From the NCBI GenBank assembly GCA_010015585.1, contig ML975149.1: a stretch of DNA of 64,000 bases; one strand, given 5' to 3'. Below, one piece after another: positions 1 through 12,875 of this stretch. The position numbers were made by a program, and so were the translations under genes. Position 1 is the first letter of the stretch. Each line of letters opens with the position of its first letter. Below the pieces are notes generated by a model, which searched no databases, had not been told where the DNA came from, and saw only the letters and a program-made list of their open reading frames with translations. Source of the DNA: Eremomyces bilateralis CBS 781.70. Taxonomy: Eukaryota.

Positions 1-459
1 AAACGTCCGGAAAGTTCCGTGTCCCTCTGATCCTTGGCAAAATGATTGGCTGAAAAGTTATTTCATCTCGGAACTCTGTGGACTTCGTCGTTGCCGCCGT
101 CGCTGGGACCTGCGATCTCGTTAACTACATGAGCACCTTTTCACTAGTCTCACGGCATCAGACATATCCTACATCCGATTTCAATAGGAAAACAGCAGAT
201 TAGAATGTATATAGGCTTCTGCATATAGGCTTCTACATTCTAGGGGGTTGTTAGGGGAAGTGGGACATAGCATTGTAAGGTATAGACAATTCGACACTAT
301 AGAGCAGTCGAGTCTCACGGACAACGTCAATAGAAAAAAGTAAAGAAAAGGAAAGCAAGATCCTCAAGACATCTCCAGGCATCGTCTATGTTCTTATACC
401 GGCCGACAGTCCTGAAATCATCTACACAGACACTCGTTGCCTTCATCGTGTACGAAACC

Positions 460-2252
460 ACTCAATTCCGAGGAGGAGGACATTCTTGCTTCCTGACAAG
501 AGCTTGCACAAGTTTGCCCCGGTCGAGATGGTGCGCAGGTCGAGGACCCTGATCGTATTGGCGATCGAGAAATTGACCGTGCATATATCCTTGATGGCAT
601 GATCGGTAACTATCTCGACCTCGACCTCGAGTTCTGGAAGCGGATGAAGGCGGACTTTCCGGCCAACTTAGTAGCCGTTGCTGCTGGTACATATGCTAGC
701 CTAAATGGCAAACAGAAACTCTGCCAGGACCTCGTCATGCGTCACTTTCACGCCTACCAGGAGCACCGGCCTCCGCCTCAGCTCCTGCTAAGCATCGATG
801 GTAAGGGTGGGACAGGGAAGACGTACCTTATTATGATCCTTTCCGAGGCGCTTGAGACTGTCGCGAGTGCGATAGGCCATACTACCTCCCCAATCATTCG
901 AGCTGCTCCTACCGGTGTGGCCGCGCACAATATTTCGGGTAGGACCCTTCATTCTCTATTCCGCCTCACTCCAAAGGCCAGGCAGTACGAAAAGTTGTCA
1001 AAGCAAGCCGCTCAGGCTATTCAGGCTGCATTCAAAGGTGTTCAATATATCGTCATTGACGAGAAGTCAATGGTTGGTTTGAAACTCCTTGCTTGGATTG
1101 ACCGTCGATGCAAGGAGATTTGGCCTGATCGTAGTGACCTTCCATTTGGTGGCCTCAACGTTATCCTAGCTGGCGACTTCTTCCAGCTGCCGCCTGTTGG
1201 CGAGAAGCCTCTCTTTACCGGCCAGAACAACATTTCAAAGAACATCGATGAAAGTCATGGCCATAGACTCTACCAAGGCTTCTTCCGAACGATTGAGCTA
1301 GACGTTGTTGTCCGTCAGCAGGGACCTGAGGAGGCAATGTTTCGAAATGCACTCGAAGACTTACGAACCGGGAATGTCACGGTTGATAACTGGCGCCTTC
1401 TTGCCACGCGAGTTGCTTCTACCCTCTCGCCCAGTGACGTCCAAAGCTTCCAAGGTACCCTTCACGTCTACGCCAAAAAGGCAGACGTCATTCAATTCAA
1501 CCATACACAGATGCGCGAAAGTGGCCGACCAGTTGTCCTGATGATTGCAACTAATGAGGGGAAAGATGCAGCGAGCGCCACTACCGAACAAGCTGGTAAC
1601 CTGCAGAACATCCTCCCTATATCTATTGGTTGCCGTGTCATGCTTACCGAGAATATCTGGACCGAACGAGGATTGGTAAACGGTACTATGGGTAATGTAC
1701 GCGACATGGCCTGGGAAGCGGACGTTGAAGATCCCCGGAAGTCGCCTCCTACGGCATTATTGGTTGCGTTCGATAGCTATAATGGTCCATCCTTTCGGGA
1801 GGTTAACGGCGAAAAGCTCGTGCCTATATTCCGGTCCCGCCGAGACTTCGTTCACGGTTCTGTCGCCTGCCTGCGTACCCAGTTTCCATTGGTTCTAGCG
1901 TATGCTATCACCATCCACAAGAGCCAGGGAATGACACTTGAAAAGGCAGTGTTAAACATCGCTGATAAGCGGGACTTTGCGCCGGGATTAACTTATGTAG
2001 CTGTCTCGCGTGTTAAGTCGCTGAAAGGGGTGTTATTCGAAGAATCGTTTGACCTACCGCGATTGCGCATGCAGAAAACTGCTACAACTCAAGCCAGGAA
2101 CGATGATGTCGCTCGGCGGGCATTCTATCACGTCGCGTCCTCCGTACATACTACATACCGTCTACTCCTTGCGCAGCATGGCTAATGTGTCTATACAGGA
2201 TCCTCAGCAATTCGCGGTCGGTTTCATGCCACCGCCTCTACGACGTGTTTAA
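460..2252 (+). mobile_element. Helitron-type (Rep-helicase) element remnant: PIF1-family helicase half, 5'-truncated
   Basis: ORF 599-2185 has all PIF1 motifs (GKGGTGKT, AAPTGVAA, TLHSLF, IDEKSMV, FGGLNVILAGDFFQLPPV, GLVNG, QFPLVLAYAITIHKSQGMTL, YVAVSRV). The same frame continues upstream (SEEEDILAS*QELAQ...DRIGDREIDRAY) through a TGA at 494-496. No HUH Rep domain or clear termini are visible. Confidence 0.7.
599..2252 (+). CDS. PIF1-like SF1B DNA helicase (transposon-derived)
   Basis: Uninterrupted 528-codon ORF with all helicase motifs. A probable phase-0 terminal intron at 2144-2198 (GTACAT...GCTAAT...TACAG) adds exon DPQQFAVGFMPPPLRRV* ending at 2252. Confidence 0.85.
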
Positions 2253-3502
2253 CTTCCTGTCCGATCATCCTCTCCACCTCGGAGGTCGTCCCTGCTACTT
2301 GCGAGTGAGATCGATATACCTACAACAGGGTCTAACCCGTCCGGCACTCAAGGTTCCTGAATGGAGTCTGCGTAGATAGATCAAAATCAACTAGTTATAG
2401 TATATCATCTGCTGTTTATTTCATTATAAGTGGTTTAGCTACCGATGAAACCAGTACTAATAAGCGCGTGTGCTTGACTCTGTTCGCCCAAGGGCAATGA
2501 TGATACAAGATACACAGATGAATGAATCAAGCACACGGTCAGATCAAAAGTCGCTGTGATTGGCCGCAAAGGTTCAGGACTTCATCAGCAAACTGTGACT
2601 GGGTAATTATGTTATTAAAACTTGGGAGGTTCTGCTCCCTACGCTGCGCACCCCTTGGGTCCATTTATGACCCTCGGCCGTATTTTACTACGTACAATGT
2701 CTGTAGTGCATGAGTTAGTAGGGTTATATGCTCCATCAGTGCGACCTGGTTGTTATACAGGATCGATTAATGGGAAATGGGCGAGACCTCCAATACCTTC
2801 CTGCCTTGAGAGAGCAAAAGGGAGTTCGGGAAAGATCAGATCTTGACGAAACATTGGGGCGTCTTGGTTCGTGGCTCTGGGGATATCTGTGATATCACGA
2901 GGGCAAGTCAAGGACATTCGACCCTGATCGTGTCTTTGGAAGGGCCGCAAGGCTACGAACAAGCGTCTCATTCCGTATAATATGGCTAAAAGTACTTCGA
3001 TACATCTCACCTCGGAAAGGGGGGGGAAATCACCTTCGGGGCCAAGCTGTTGCAAATCAAATAGGCCAGCGCGCCAAAATGTCGATCGAGCCAGGTTTCC
3101 ACCTTGATTTCTTGTTTCCATTGAAAACCTTCATGTCAAATCTTTCTGATGAATCCTCGCCCAGAGCGCCGAAGCTCCATAAATTCATCCATGCGGGGTG
3201 GACGTGATAGAGGGACACCATTTGAATCGGGTCCTCAAGCAAACATTATTATACATTAAATTAAGATCCTTAATGAGAAATCAAATTGAATAAATCATCA
3301 GGGACTGGGTGAGCGTTTTCGGGTGCTCTCTGGACACCTCATAACCGTCGAATTTGTCCACCTCGGATGGCTGTAATTGTCCCTAAGCGTCAAGCCAACA
3401 TCAACCGTATCTAAACCCTGGCAGTGGACTTGGTGTGGGCTCCTAGAATGGGGAATCAGAAACTTCCTTTTAGTCTGGGCTAACGAGTATCATAATATAT
3501 CC

Positions 3503-3593
3503 GGGGATGTAGCTCATTTGGTAGAGCGTCCGCTTCGCATTCGATCTGAAACGTGACTGCGGAAGGTACAGTGTTCGACTCGCTGCTTCTCCA
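3503..3593 (+). tRNA. tRNA-Ala(CGC) with an 18-nt intron (~3540-3557)
   Basis: Acceptor stem GGGGATG/CTTCTCC with the G3:U70 Ala identity pair; D arm AGCTCATTTGGTAGAGC; anticodon stem TCCGC/GCGGA around TT-CGC-A; T arm CAGTG-TTCGACT-CGCTG; T-rich Pol III terminator immediately downstream. Confidence 0.93.
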
Positions 3594-3901
3594 TTTCTTT
3601 TTGCACTTTTTGACAAATGTCTATGTTGTAGATTATTTTCAAAGCCATTCCCTGATGGCTGTGGACGTGGAAATTCTGGAGGTTGATTTTTGGTGGAGGA
3701 CGGGGAAGTCACGCTCAGGTCTTGGCAAAATCCCGACGATGGTCAAACAATTCACGACACTTTGAAACCTCCGCCAACACGACGACACGCGCAATCTACC
3801 CGAATCAACCTCTGGACTGCTCCGAATTTTTTGGTCCTTGCGATCGGAACCCATTGTCGGTTGTCTACGCATGCGATAGCCCCAACGCCGAATCTGACAT
3901 C

Positions 3902-4284
3902 ATGAGCGTTCGTCTCTCCCCACCACATCGAGTCGACCCGCCTGCTAACCGCGTCGACAGTTCGTTCCTCTCAACCCGCGGCCGATGTTGCAGGGTCTCA
4001 TCAGCAAGGAGATAATCGTGCGACTGAAATGGGGCCAGACGGAGTACCGAGGCACTCTGATCAGCATCGATTCCTACATGAACATCCAGCTGAACAACAC
4101 GGTCGAATTCATCGATGGCAAAGAGACTGGGTCGCTGGGGCAGGTCTTGATAAGGTGCGCAGGCGACACAGACACAACTCGAAAGATGCACAGCGTTCGC
4201 TAATACTGGATTTGCAGGTGTAACAACGTCTTATGGGTATCGGGGGCGGGCGCGAAGGTTGCCGATTCGGAAATGACCGGTTGA
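3902..4284 (+). CDS. SMX3: Small nuclear ribonucleoprotein SmF (2 introns)
   Basis: Spliced product [46 protein letters not shown]...[17 protein letters not shown]..., containing Sm1/Sm2 motifs. Confidence 0.92.
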
Positions 4285-4565
4285 AGCGCGGACAGCGGGA
4301 GCGTTGCATGAGTTTCATAACAGTAAGAAGAAGAGGATACACCGATTGCGCAAATGTGGGAGATAGCGCGTCCAAACTGGACGCCAGGAGATTCCTGCGC
4401 AAATGCGGAACAGGTCCCAGGGACGATCGGACTTCATGTCGGGACGGGACGCAAGAAGGATGCCTACAAAACTGTGTCGTCTTTCTACGCATGATGCACT
4501 ACTATAAGTAGACGAAAAGATGGAGCGGGAGCTTCATTTTATTGCATTAACTACCAATATCGAGT

Positions 4566-7500
4566 CTAGTCTATCTCCTCAATCACAGGCTTCTTCGACG
4601 TCTCTTTATCTTTCAACGGGTTGACATCAAGGCCTTGCAAATCGTCGCTAAGGCCCGCTGCTGAAAGCTGCTCCCGGCCGTTCCTATTAAGCAACATCTT
4701 CATCCTCCATGCCTCCAGACTTTCAAGCACTGATCCGACATGGTCCTTCACAAGTTCATCCTCGTCCATATCAAGCACCCATAGCAGCACCTTTTCAATC
4801 CTGGTCCACTCAATCACCCCTGCGACGAAATCCAGAGAGTCGCCGTTCTCTTGCGCAGAATCAAGGGCTAGCAGCGTCGATAAGAAGATAAGGACGGCGT
4901 TTCGCCGAAGAATGGCTTTCTCGGGGCCTCGCTCCATAAAGAGGATAGAGATAGTGAGCTCTTCAATCCGTTCCCAATACTCGGCCACGAAGAGATCGAG
5001 CGCGCTTTCAAGGAGCTGGGCCAGAATGCTCAACGCTGAAACACGGATCCGGACATCCTCGTTTTTTCCAGTCTCTTGCCAACCCATGATGATGTTCGTC
5101 AGTAGCTCTGCATCAAGCCGATCTTCTTCGTTGTCCACGGGCTCAATGAGCGGGGCATCGGGTGCATCCCCTCCCCAAGCTTCGCTTCGTTCCGACTCCA
5201 ACTCCTGTTTCTGCTCCGCATCTTGTATGCGCCGATTCATCTCTCGGCTCCTTGCACCGCGTCTCGATGCGACCTGGATTGCTTTCCTGGCCATGTCCCT
5301 TGCAGACGTTTGCCAGTTCATACGCAGCGCCACGTTTCGATCCTCCGCCTTATTCTTGGTTAACCGAATCAGCGCTTCTGCCAAACGTTGGCGACTGTCA
5401 ATGCCCATTTTCTCCTCGTAATCGTCGAACGCTTGAAGTGCCATCGACACAACCATATGATCGGATTTCATCGCGAGTGCAACAAAGGCGTCGATCGCTG
5501 GCTGAAAAACAAAATCGTCCTCTTCGACTTCAATGGCATCGATGAGCATAGCGGCGAATGCAAGAGCGCTTCTGACTTTTGATGTAGACTGAATCAGCCG
5601 AGTAATATCTTGTATTGCCTGTCGGCGGATTGGAGGTTCTTGGGCAATGAGAGACTCCTCAGCGGCCGCGAGCAACCGTAGGTGTTCTTTCAGTGTGTTA
5701 TCTGCATCGATTCCCTGAACTTCGGTAAGTGCCGAACCTGGTTCCTCCATCCTCCTCAGGACGGCCATCATCGAATCGCGGAATACTTCATTCAGTGGAG
5801 GAGTGACGTCAAGCAGCAATCGTCGAAGGAGGGAGAATATCTCTTTCCGCTCGTGCGATGATTCTTCGATTATCTCTGGAACACCCGTCCGAACCACAAG
5901 ATCCAAGATCTCCAGCGCGATCGCAAGGATGGTGTCTTCCTCAGGATTGTTGTTATCACCCTCGTGTATGGACTCAACCCGAAATTTATGGCCGTTGTTT
6001 CTTTGCTTGGCAGCCTGTAGTCTGGCATGAAAGACTCTGATCACCAGTTCCAGTGTTCTTTTCGGTGTTGCTATGAGGAGGCGCGATTGGCTTTTCAATA
6101 TGGCCTGCGCGAGCTTCATCCGAAGAAGACGTTCAGCCGACACTTTATCGAGCTCATCCTCCAGGGTCGCTCTTGGTAAATTCATCTGCGCCAGTTTCGC
6201 GACCGGGCTACCTATTTGGGTGCTATTATCAGAGCTGCTATCTTGGGAAAGCAGCCAGTCTTCGATGATAGCCAGGTAGATGGATGCTTTCTCTTCATCC
6301 GCCACTCTAGCTGATGATAGGATATCGATAAATTGGTAGACCGCGATGTCAACCTTCTTGACAGTCTGGATAAAATCTTGAAAGTCTGTATTTCCTTTTC
6401 GACCCCTGATCTCGACTCCCCCGTGAGAGCCGGGGCCGAAGGTCCATTCCAACGGCCCATCCCAAAGGAGCCGGGAGCGGAGGACTTTGAGGTGCTCTAT
6501 TGAAGGCACGAGCAGAAAAAATGCTTTTAAAAGCGACATGCTCAATGTTTCGTATGCTGGGTCGACAGCGTGAACCTTTGAAAATATGGAAATCGCCCAT
6601 AAAGAAAGAAAGACTTGAGGGATGATTCTTGCGGCGATGCTCGCATGTGGTCGACCCATGACAAGCTTTCCAAGAAGATTGAGTGCAAACCATACGTCAC
6701 TATCCTTAACCCAAGGTCGAGAGGTATCGTGCTCGGTTACGTGAGGGTCGGCTAAGGTGCCGCCAGTGAGATAAGGCGGAGGGTTCAAAAGCTCGATCAG
6801 TGGCTTGACGTAGAAGTTCCAACCCCATGCCCCTGGTGCTCCTGAGCTCTTTTTGTTAAGGATCCCTTGTGCGATGATGAAAGCAGCAGCCTTGCTCAAC
6901 TCCGGTCCTGCCTTCTCGCCGAGTAGTTCGATCAACTGTTGTCCCGTATTGTAGAAAAAGGAAGAATCTTCTCCTCTTGGCAGGGCGGAGAATAGCTTCG
7001 CACATTCTTGTAGCGCCTCTAGCGGGAGAGGCAATGCTTCGGGCTGACCCCCTTGTACAGGGGTCGAACTACCAGCTCGAGCATGCTTGCCTGCGATGAA
7101 CTCGATTGTTTGCAGTACACCTCCTGGCCGAAGTGGAAGTCGTGCCAGCGTCCGACCAAGTTCAGCCTGCACCAGTTCCGGCAAAGGAGATGACATGAGG
7201 GCCGTGAATGTGAAGAGTAATCTCGAGATTGGGGACCTTTAATATGACAAGTTCAGCTGTGGAATGAAACCATCGTTGATCACGAGAGTGAATAGCGAGT
7301 CAGAGACTCGACTCCAACAATGCGAAAGGAAAATCAGACTCGAATAATAAGTTAAACAGATGAATTGGAGAGGAGAAACTCTGGGCAGGAAATGGGGGTT
7401 CTCAATGGCGGTTGGGCTGGTTGAAGGAGTGGAAAGACCTACCGGTCTACGAGTCGCTCGAACGAGCCCTTAATTTTCTCCTCACTCATTTCGGTATTAC

Positions 7501-8100
7501 CACCAAAAGAGTACCACGCAGTTGCGGAGACGATATCCATGAAACCTTGGTCTATTACCAGAGATGCAATACCGAGAGTAGGCTCCTCGACCAGTTTGTT
7601 GAGCGCAAGGAGTGCGCCTTCAAAGATCTCTTGATCCGGTGCCGGCAAGGGGCTTGACGGACTGAAGAGCACAGATCTAGTTCTTCTGTCATAGGGAATT
7701 CTGGTATGCTGCTGCATGAGCGGGTAGATGCCCCATACCACGATGAGGTCAAGCAGATAGTACACGTATTTAACAACCTCTGAATCGAGACTCGGTAATT
7801 CATTTTTGGCGCGAACCTTGGTTTGGTCTTCCCGGATGGAAGCATGGATCCTGTTCAGGATTCCAATGGCAGTCGGAATGTCCGTCGATGTAGTTTCCGC
7901 ATCGATATTAGGCTGCTGAACGACTTTCGCGAGATCCGAATGGGACGAAGACGTCGCCGCTCCATGTTTGACTGTGAAGTTTCAATATCAAGATCCATGG
8001 CCCAAGTTTCCACAAACAAACCGCTGGTCAAGAGTGGCGCTATGAACGTCCGCGCCGCCTCCACAGCCTTCATGACGTCGTTATTCTTGGACAGTGCCAT
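4566..8100 (-). CDS. RTP1: RNA polymerase II assembly factor Rtp1 / TANGO6-like ARM-repeat protein (multi-exon)
   Basis: 876-aa last exon is helical-repeat-like, with EDVRIRVSALSIL and ILRRNAV motifs and a C-terminal IEEID. Upstream exons from ATG 8100 join in frame through YLLDLIVVWGIYP. Confidence 0.75.
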
Positions 8101-8445
8101 GACTGCTGTCTCAAGATCTTGTAGATGGTGTCGTATCAGTGTGTTCGGATCAAAGTATCAACCTGGGCATCAATACAATATTTATTGATCCAAACTACGG
8201 CTCGTTGTCAAGGATGCCACGCTGAACCATGGGACTCGAGAGTGTCGGATGATCCAATTCAAGCCTCCATGACTTCATGCACCCGCTATGCCACAGACCC
8301 TACCGTCTTTCAATTTATCAAGCATGCCCTCTGGCACAGGAAGGAATAGGTAGCAACAAGTCTAACTTGCTGTAGGTATTGGGTTTAGAACTGGATTAGA
8401 GATTGAATCACTGAAATCATGACAAAGCTGAAGTGGTGGTCATAA

Positions 8446-8500
8446 TCACGTGACATTAAGACGGTCATGTGATCACGCGTCAAGCTTCGCGTCACCACGT
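8446..8500. promoter_or_regulatory. Bidirectional promoter motifs: E-box TCACGTGA (8446-8453), MCB-like ACGCGT (8475-8480) and CGCGT (8488-8492)
   Basis: The motifs cluster in the ~500-bp gap between the divergent genes starting at 8100 (-) and 8598 (+). Confidence 0.4.
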
Positions 8501-8597
8501 CGGCCAGAGATTCGATAAAGCACTCCATGATCATTTCAGTTGAGCGCCTACAAATCAACACCGTGCGAATGGCCAATGCCAGAAAGGGATCGCAATA

Positions 8598-10820
8598 ATG
8601 AAAAACGTCATTGCCGATTCAGAGGACGAATCCTCCGACTGGGATAATTGGCCATCAATCGCCAAACAATCGGGTAAGTTCGTCACAACACGATGTGCCG
8701 TTGCGTAGATGAATCGTGACGACCAATCTCCATTCCACAAGATGTGTGTCTTGTGCCAGTCACTAACATTCTAAGATGCACCAGATAAGCGCCATACTGA
8801 GCAACCAACTGCAGCTCGCGCGAGTAAGAAGCGTCAAAATTATGAGTCAGAAACGGGATTGTCATCTCGCTCTGGCTCGGATGCGAAGCGTCAGAAGATA
8901 GCAAAATCGAAGCATGGCTCTGTCGATAATGGAGATGGTTCCGATGAATCATTTCTCGAAATGAGCTGGTTAGATGGCCAAAGCGACGAGATGGTTGCTG
9001 TCGCATGCAATGAATATCGCACTGATGAAGCTACCACAAATCGCCCGGTATCTGACCGCGCAGGCACACCAAATGGAAGCCCTCCTGCCCATGTTTTGCA
9101 GTGGCATAAAGGGCTGACGAAGTCGAATGGAAATCAATCTTTAGACGACCACTCAACCAACCCAATCGCTGAGAGCGAAGACATCCCTCAACCGGCACCG
9201 ACGACTATGGACCTTCTTCAGACAGTTCCTGCGACCGATAGCATCTTAGGAGCATGGCAGACTACGGGTTCTATGAGGGATCAATTCTTCAACCACGAGC
9301 CTATGACCTTGTTTCCTGACCAACCAAGTACAGTGAGCAACGGCACACTCACGCAGCAGCAGCTGTATGGGGATCATCGGATAGAAGCTACTAATAACGC
9401 TGGAACGCTGGGAGACCGGCGAGTATCGGATTCCACATCCTTTCCTTGGTCCAGCTACATAAAGTCTCCTACTCTTCCATCCCAACAGCAAGCCAGCACC
9501 GCTGGGTCAATTGGAGGCAACGCAGGCAACGATAGGGAGTCTGTAGGTTTGGTTCTCACATCACAAGCCGATAATCACAACCTCGACTCGGCTATATGGG
9601 GAAGTATGAATCAAGGTGGATCACAGAATGGATCAGTACTTGTGAACACACCAACCCTGGGAGACTTTGAGCCTGAAGTGTCGCCTCCAAACGGGGATCG
9701 GTTCCAGTCGAATATTTTGCCAACTCAAGCAAAAGCAAGCCAGGATATGGATGTACCAGGCCATTCCGCGACCGAACCTTTCGAAAAGAAGAACGAGATA
9801 GACGGCCCGACCGCTCACGCTTCGGATTCAAGCTATGGTGACATTCCATCCGATGAATTAATCGGCCTGCCCAAAGAGCTTTACAATCCCCGACCTAGCC
9901 GATCGAGATCTAGCAAAGTCTCCAAAGAGTCGATTGATTTCTCGGTAAGACCCGAAAATGCCAAGAGAGAAAAGTCTCGAAAGAAAGCAAGATCCCTCGG
10001 CCATCTTATCTCACCAAAGCAGCATGACTCAGATCATATGGACGGTGCGGTCGAGGAAACCGGGCCACGGAGCGCATCATCTGGACCGGGCCACAAGAGT
10101 CGATTCGCTGCAGACCATGAAGAGGGAGCAGCCCAGCAGAGAGCTTATGTTGAGATCACACACAAACGCAAACCAAGTCAACAGACAGAACAGCTAGAGG
10201 GGCCCAAGCGTAAGAGAGGGAAGACGCGGAAGACCAAGAGCGCACCAATGCTCCCATCTTCGGAACTCATGGTATCTGAGCCAAACCCAAACCAACTCAA
10301 CTCATCAGAAGCAAAAGTTGAGGATTCCGCTGCGAAAGACGAGGAAGCTATCGATGTTCAAGAGAAGGCGACCACAGAAAATGGAACGGGAGAGAAATCA
10401 GAGGCACAAGCAATCCTTCAACAACCGCCTCCTGTCGACGTTCAGTCCCCTAAGAAGAGAGGTCGCGGGAGGGCTAAAAAACCCGCGGAGACCGGACATG
10501 TCCAAGTGCATCGGGATCTGGACCTTCCGCCTGAAGGTGCTAATATTCAAGAAGAAGCGACAGCGGCAAATGACCAGGCCCTGCGAGAGAAGACTCCGAA
10601 CATTGCTCATCATGATCCTGAGACTAATGAAGAGAAGTCGACCTCTCCAGAAAAGAAGAGCGAGCCTGGAAAAGCAAATGTGGCACACACTCTGGAGAAA
10701 GGCACAAAGCCATCGGATCGTCTCGCCCAGTCACCTCTTGGCAAGAGCAAAGTTCCATACCGTGTTGGACTGAGCAGGAGAGCAAGGATTACTCCGTTGC
10801 TTCGGGTTGTGAGGAAATGA
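8598..10820 (+). CDS. Conserved fungal low-complexity nuclear protein with AT-hook-like motifs
   Basis: First exon MKNVIADSEDESSD ends at a GTAAGT donor. The 653-aa main exon has IGLPKELYNPRPSRSRS, KRKRGK, KKRGRGR and the C-terminus KVPYRVGLSRRARITPLLRVVRK. Confidence 0.7.
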
Positions 10821-12875
10821 GATGAAAGCCACAAAGGCATGGAAGCGTGAGAGAATGCGGTAGGTGAGGCGCATAAATCGGACAGCAAAGTGTGGGCGAG
10901 TTTACAACTTCAAACGATGCTATGGCTTATCACGGAACGTGTATATTATACCTAACACAAGGACATGATAAGGACGGAATCCTTAGACTAGAAACAGACA
11001 GAAGGCTACAGTGTGCTATACCTACATTCAGAAAGAGACCATAATCATGCTTTCCATACTTTGTATCATATGAGGGCACTCGTTTCGCTTCTATTCCTTC
11101 TCATCCTCTGCCCAATATCCAGGTAACTGTTCACACTTCAACGGTTCTGGTGCATGGTGTCCGGCAGTTTGGAATCCAACTTCCACGCTCTGAGCAACTC
11201 CGAAGTCCAGATCAAGCACCACCAGGACTTCGCAATTCTTCGACTCGCGTAACCTCAGGGCAAACCTCATCCTCAATTAATGCCTCAGGGTTAGATTCTG
11301 ATTCACTGGACCCGGATTCTCCTTTTTGGCGAGATGAGGGCATGATGTAACGAAAGAGCGAATATTTGATACGTTAACAGCATCAACGATTGTTGTACGT
11401 ACGGAACCGCGACCTAATAATAAATCTGGCTTTTTTGTCGGAACAACATCGCGCCCAACAGGGGCTAACGAACAAGCATGAAATCCCTACCACTGCCAAG
11501 TTCTTCGGATGTATCTGTCAGCTCGGCGTCGTCGTCGATAATCGATATTTTTGATTTGGATGTCTGGTGACTTGGTGAGTGGACCTCATCCCCTCATCTC
11601 ACACAGATCTCAGTCGTCTGGAATCTGGACTATGGCACCAGAGGAGCGGAACTGCGGAAGACGACGCTTCCCCACATGATGATCAGGACGCATCCTGGCC
11701 CTGTCTATTAAAGGAAACGGGAAGTTTTATGACGATCAGCGGGATACCTACTCTAGTGGCAGGCTAGTGGATAACTTAACGATGGTCTCAAGTTGACGGA
11801 CGTTTGGACGACCAGCATGGTACGGAACTGCCGGATACAGTCCGGATCGGTAACGCTTTACGGAGTCGCAAAGTGTGAACGAAACTGAGGAGAGGAAAAT
11901 CCTGTTTTTCATCAATTCCAAGTGCTATTGGTTCGGGTTATCGGGACAGGTTGCTTAATCGCTGGACTTCAACCCAGGCTCTTCAACGCCAATACGAGTC
12001 GTCTCTATAACCCCTTGACAGTCGACCACGAAAAAATAATAGGGAGAGGACTATTGGAATTGAGAGTTTCACGACAGCGGAGTTGCATTCAAATATATGC
12101 ACTGTGCGAAGGTATGAATGGCCTGCCAAGCAGTCTATCACCAACCTTCAGATCTTTACTCCATTGGTCTCGGTCTCGGCCCTGGGATCATCAGCATACC
12201 ACGCGACAATCGACATATTGTTCCGTAGTGCGTCCACAATTCCCACGATGCGCTTTTGAGATACCTGTGACACATCTCATCTCGCTTTAAAACTTCAAGC
12301 GCTAGTGGCCTGATCCCTCAGCTACGCTAACACCAGGCCGCGATCCAGGCCAACGCCACTCCAAGGAAAAACGTCCATTTTAGGATCCGCACGAAAAATA
12401 TATCTGGGGCTATCCTGGCCAGAAGCGAGCCGGGGAACCGTATCATCCCAATCGCCAGTCCACCACCAGGCACCAGAACGTTTAAGCTTCTCCTTTGACC
12501 TAACGAGCCCTGTCTACCAGACCTCGCCTTCTGGTATGGAAACAATTCCTCCCTGCCAGATTGGTCCGAACTCTGAAGCCATGGTCCATGGATACCCAAG
12601 ACCAGTGTAACCCCGTGTGCGGTCCGGGTAAGTCGGTCTCCTGCCAGTATGAGCTTGGCTTGTTGTCAACCCTCAAAACACCTGTGTTTTCCTGTTCCAT
12701 CTGCTTGACTGTCCTTTTGTCTTAAACCTTCCATACATTCGCTTGTATATGACCTAACCGTTGATATTGTACTTGCCGGCTTACGTCGACTGTCAATCGT
12801 TTCTTCTTACTCTCGCTTTTTTGCAACTCATTGACGAGCATACCATATTTAATTTTTCATACTTAATAATCCAAG

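Noticed and set aside
2340..2400. CTAG|T at 2391-2395 as a Helitron 3' end
   Set aside because: No convincing GC-rich hairpin just upstream, so the terminus cannot be supported.
2753..3242. Overlapping minus-strand ORFs between the helicase and the tRNA
   Set aside because: No recognisable family; may be a decayed gene, but this is unsupported.
4621..5421. 266-aa plus-strand ORF
   Set aside because: Antisense shadow of the RTP1 coding exon; Ser/Arg-rich with no motifs.
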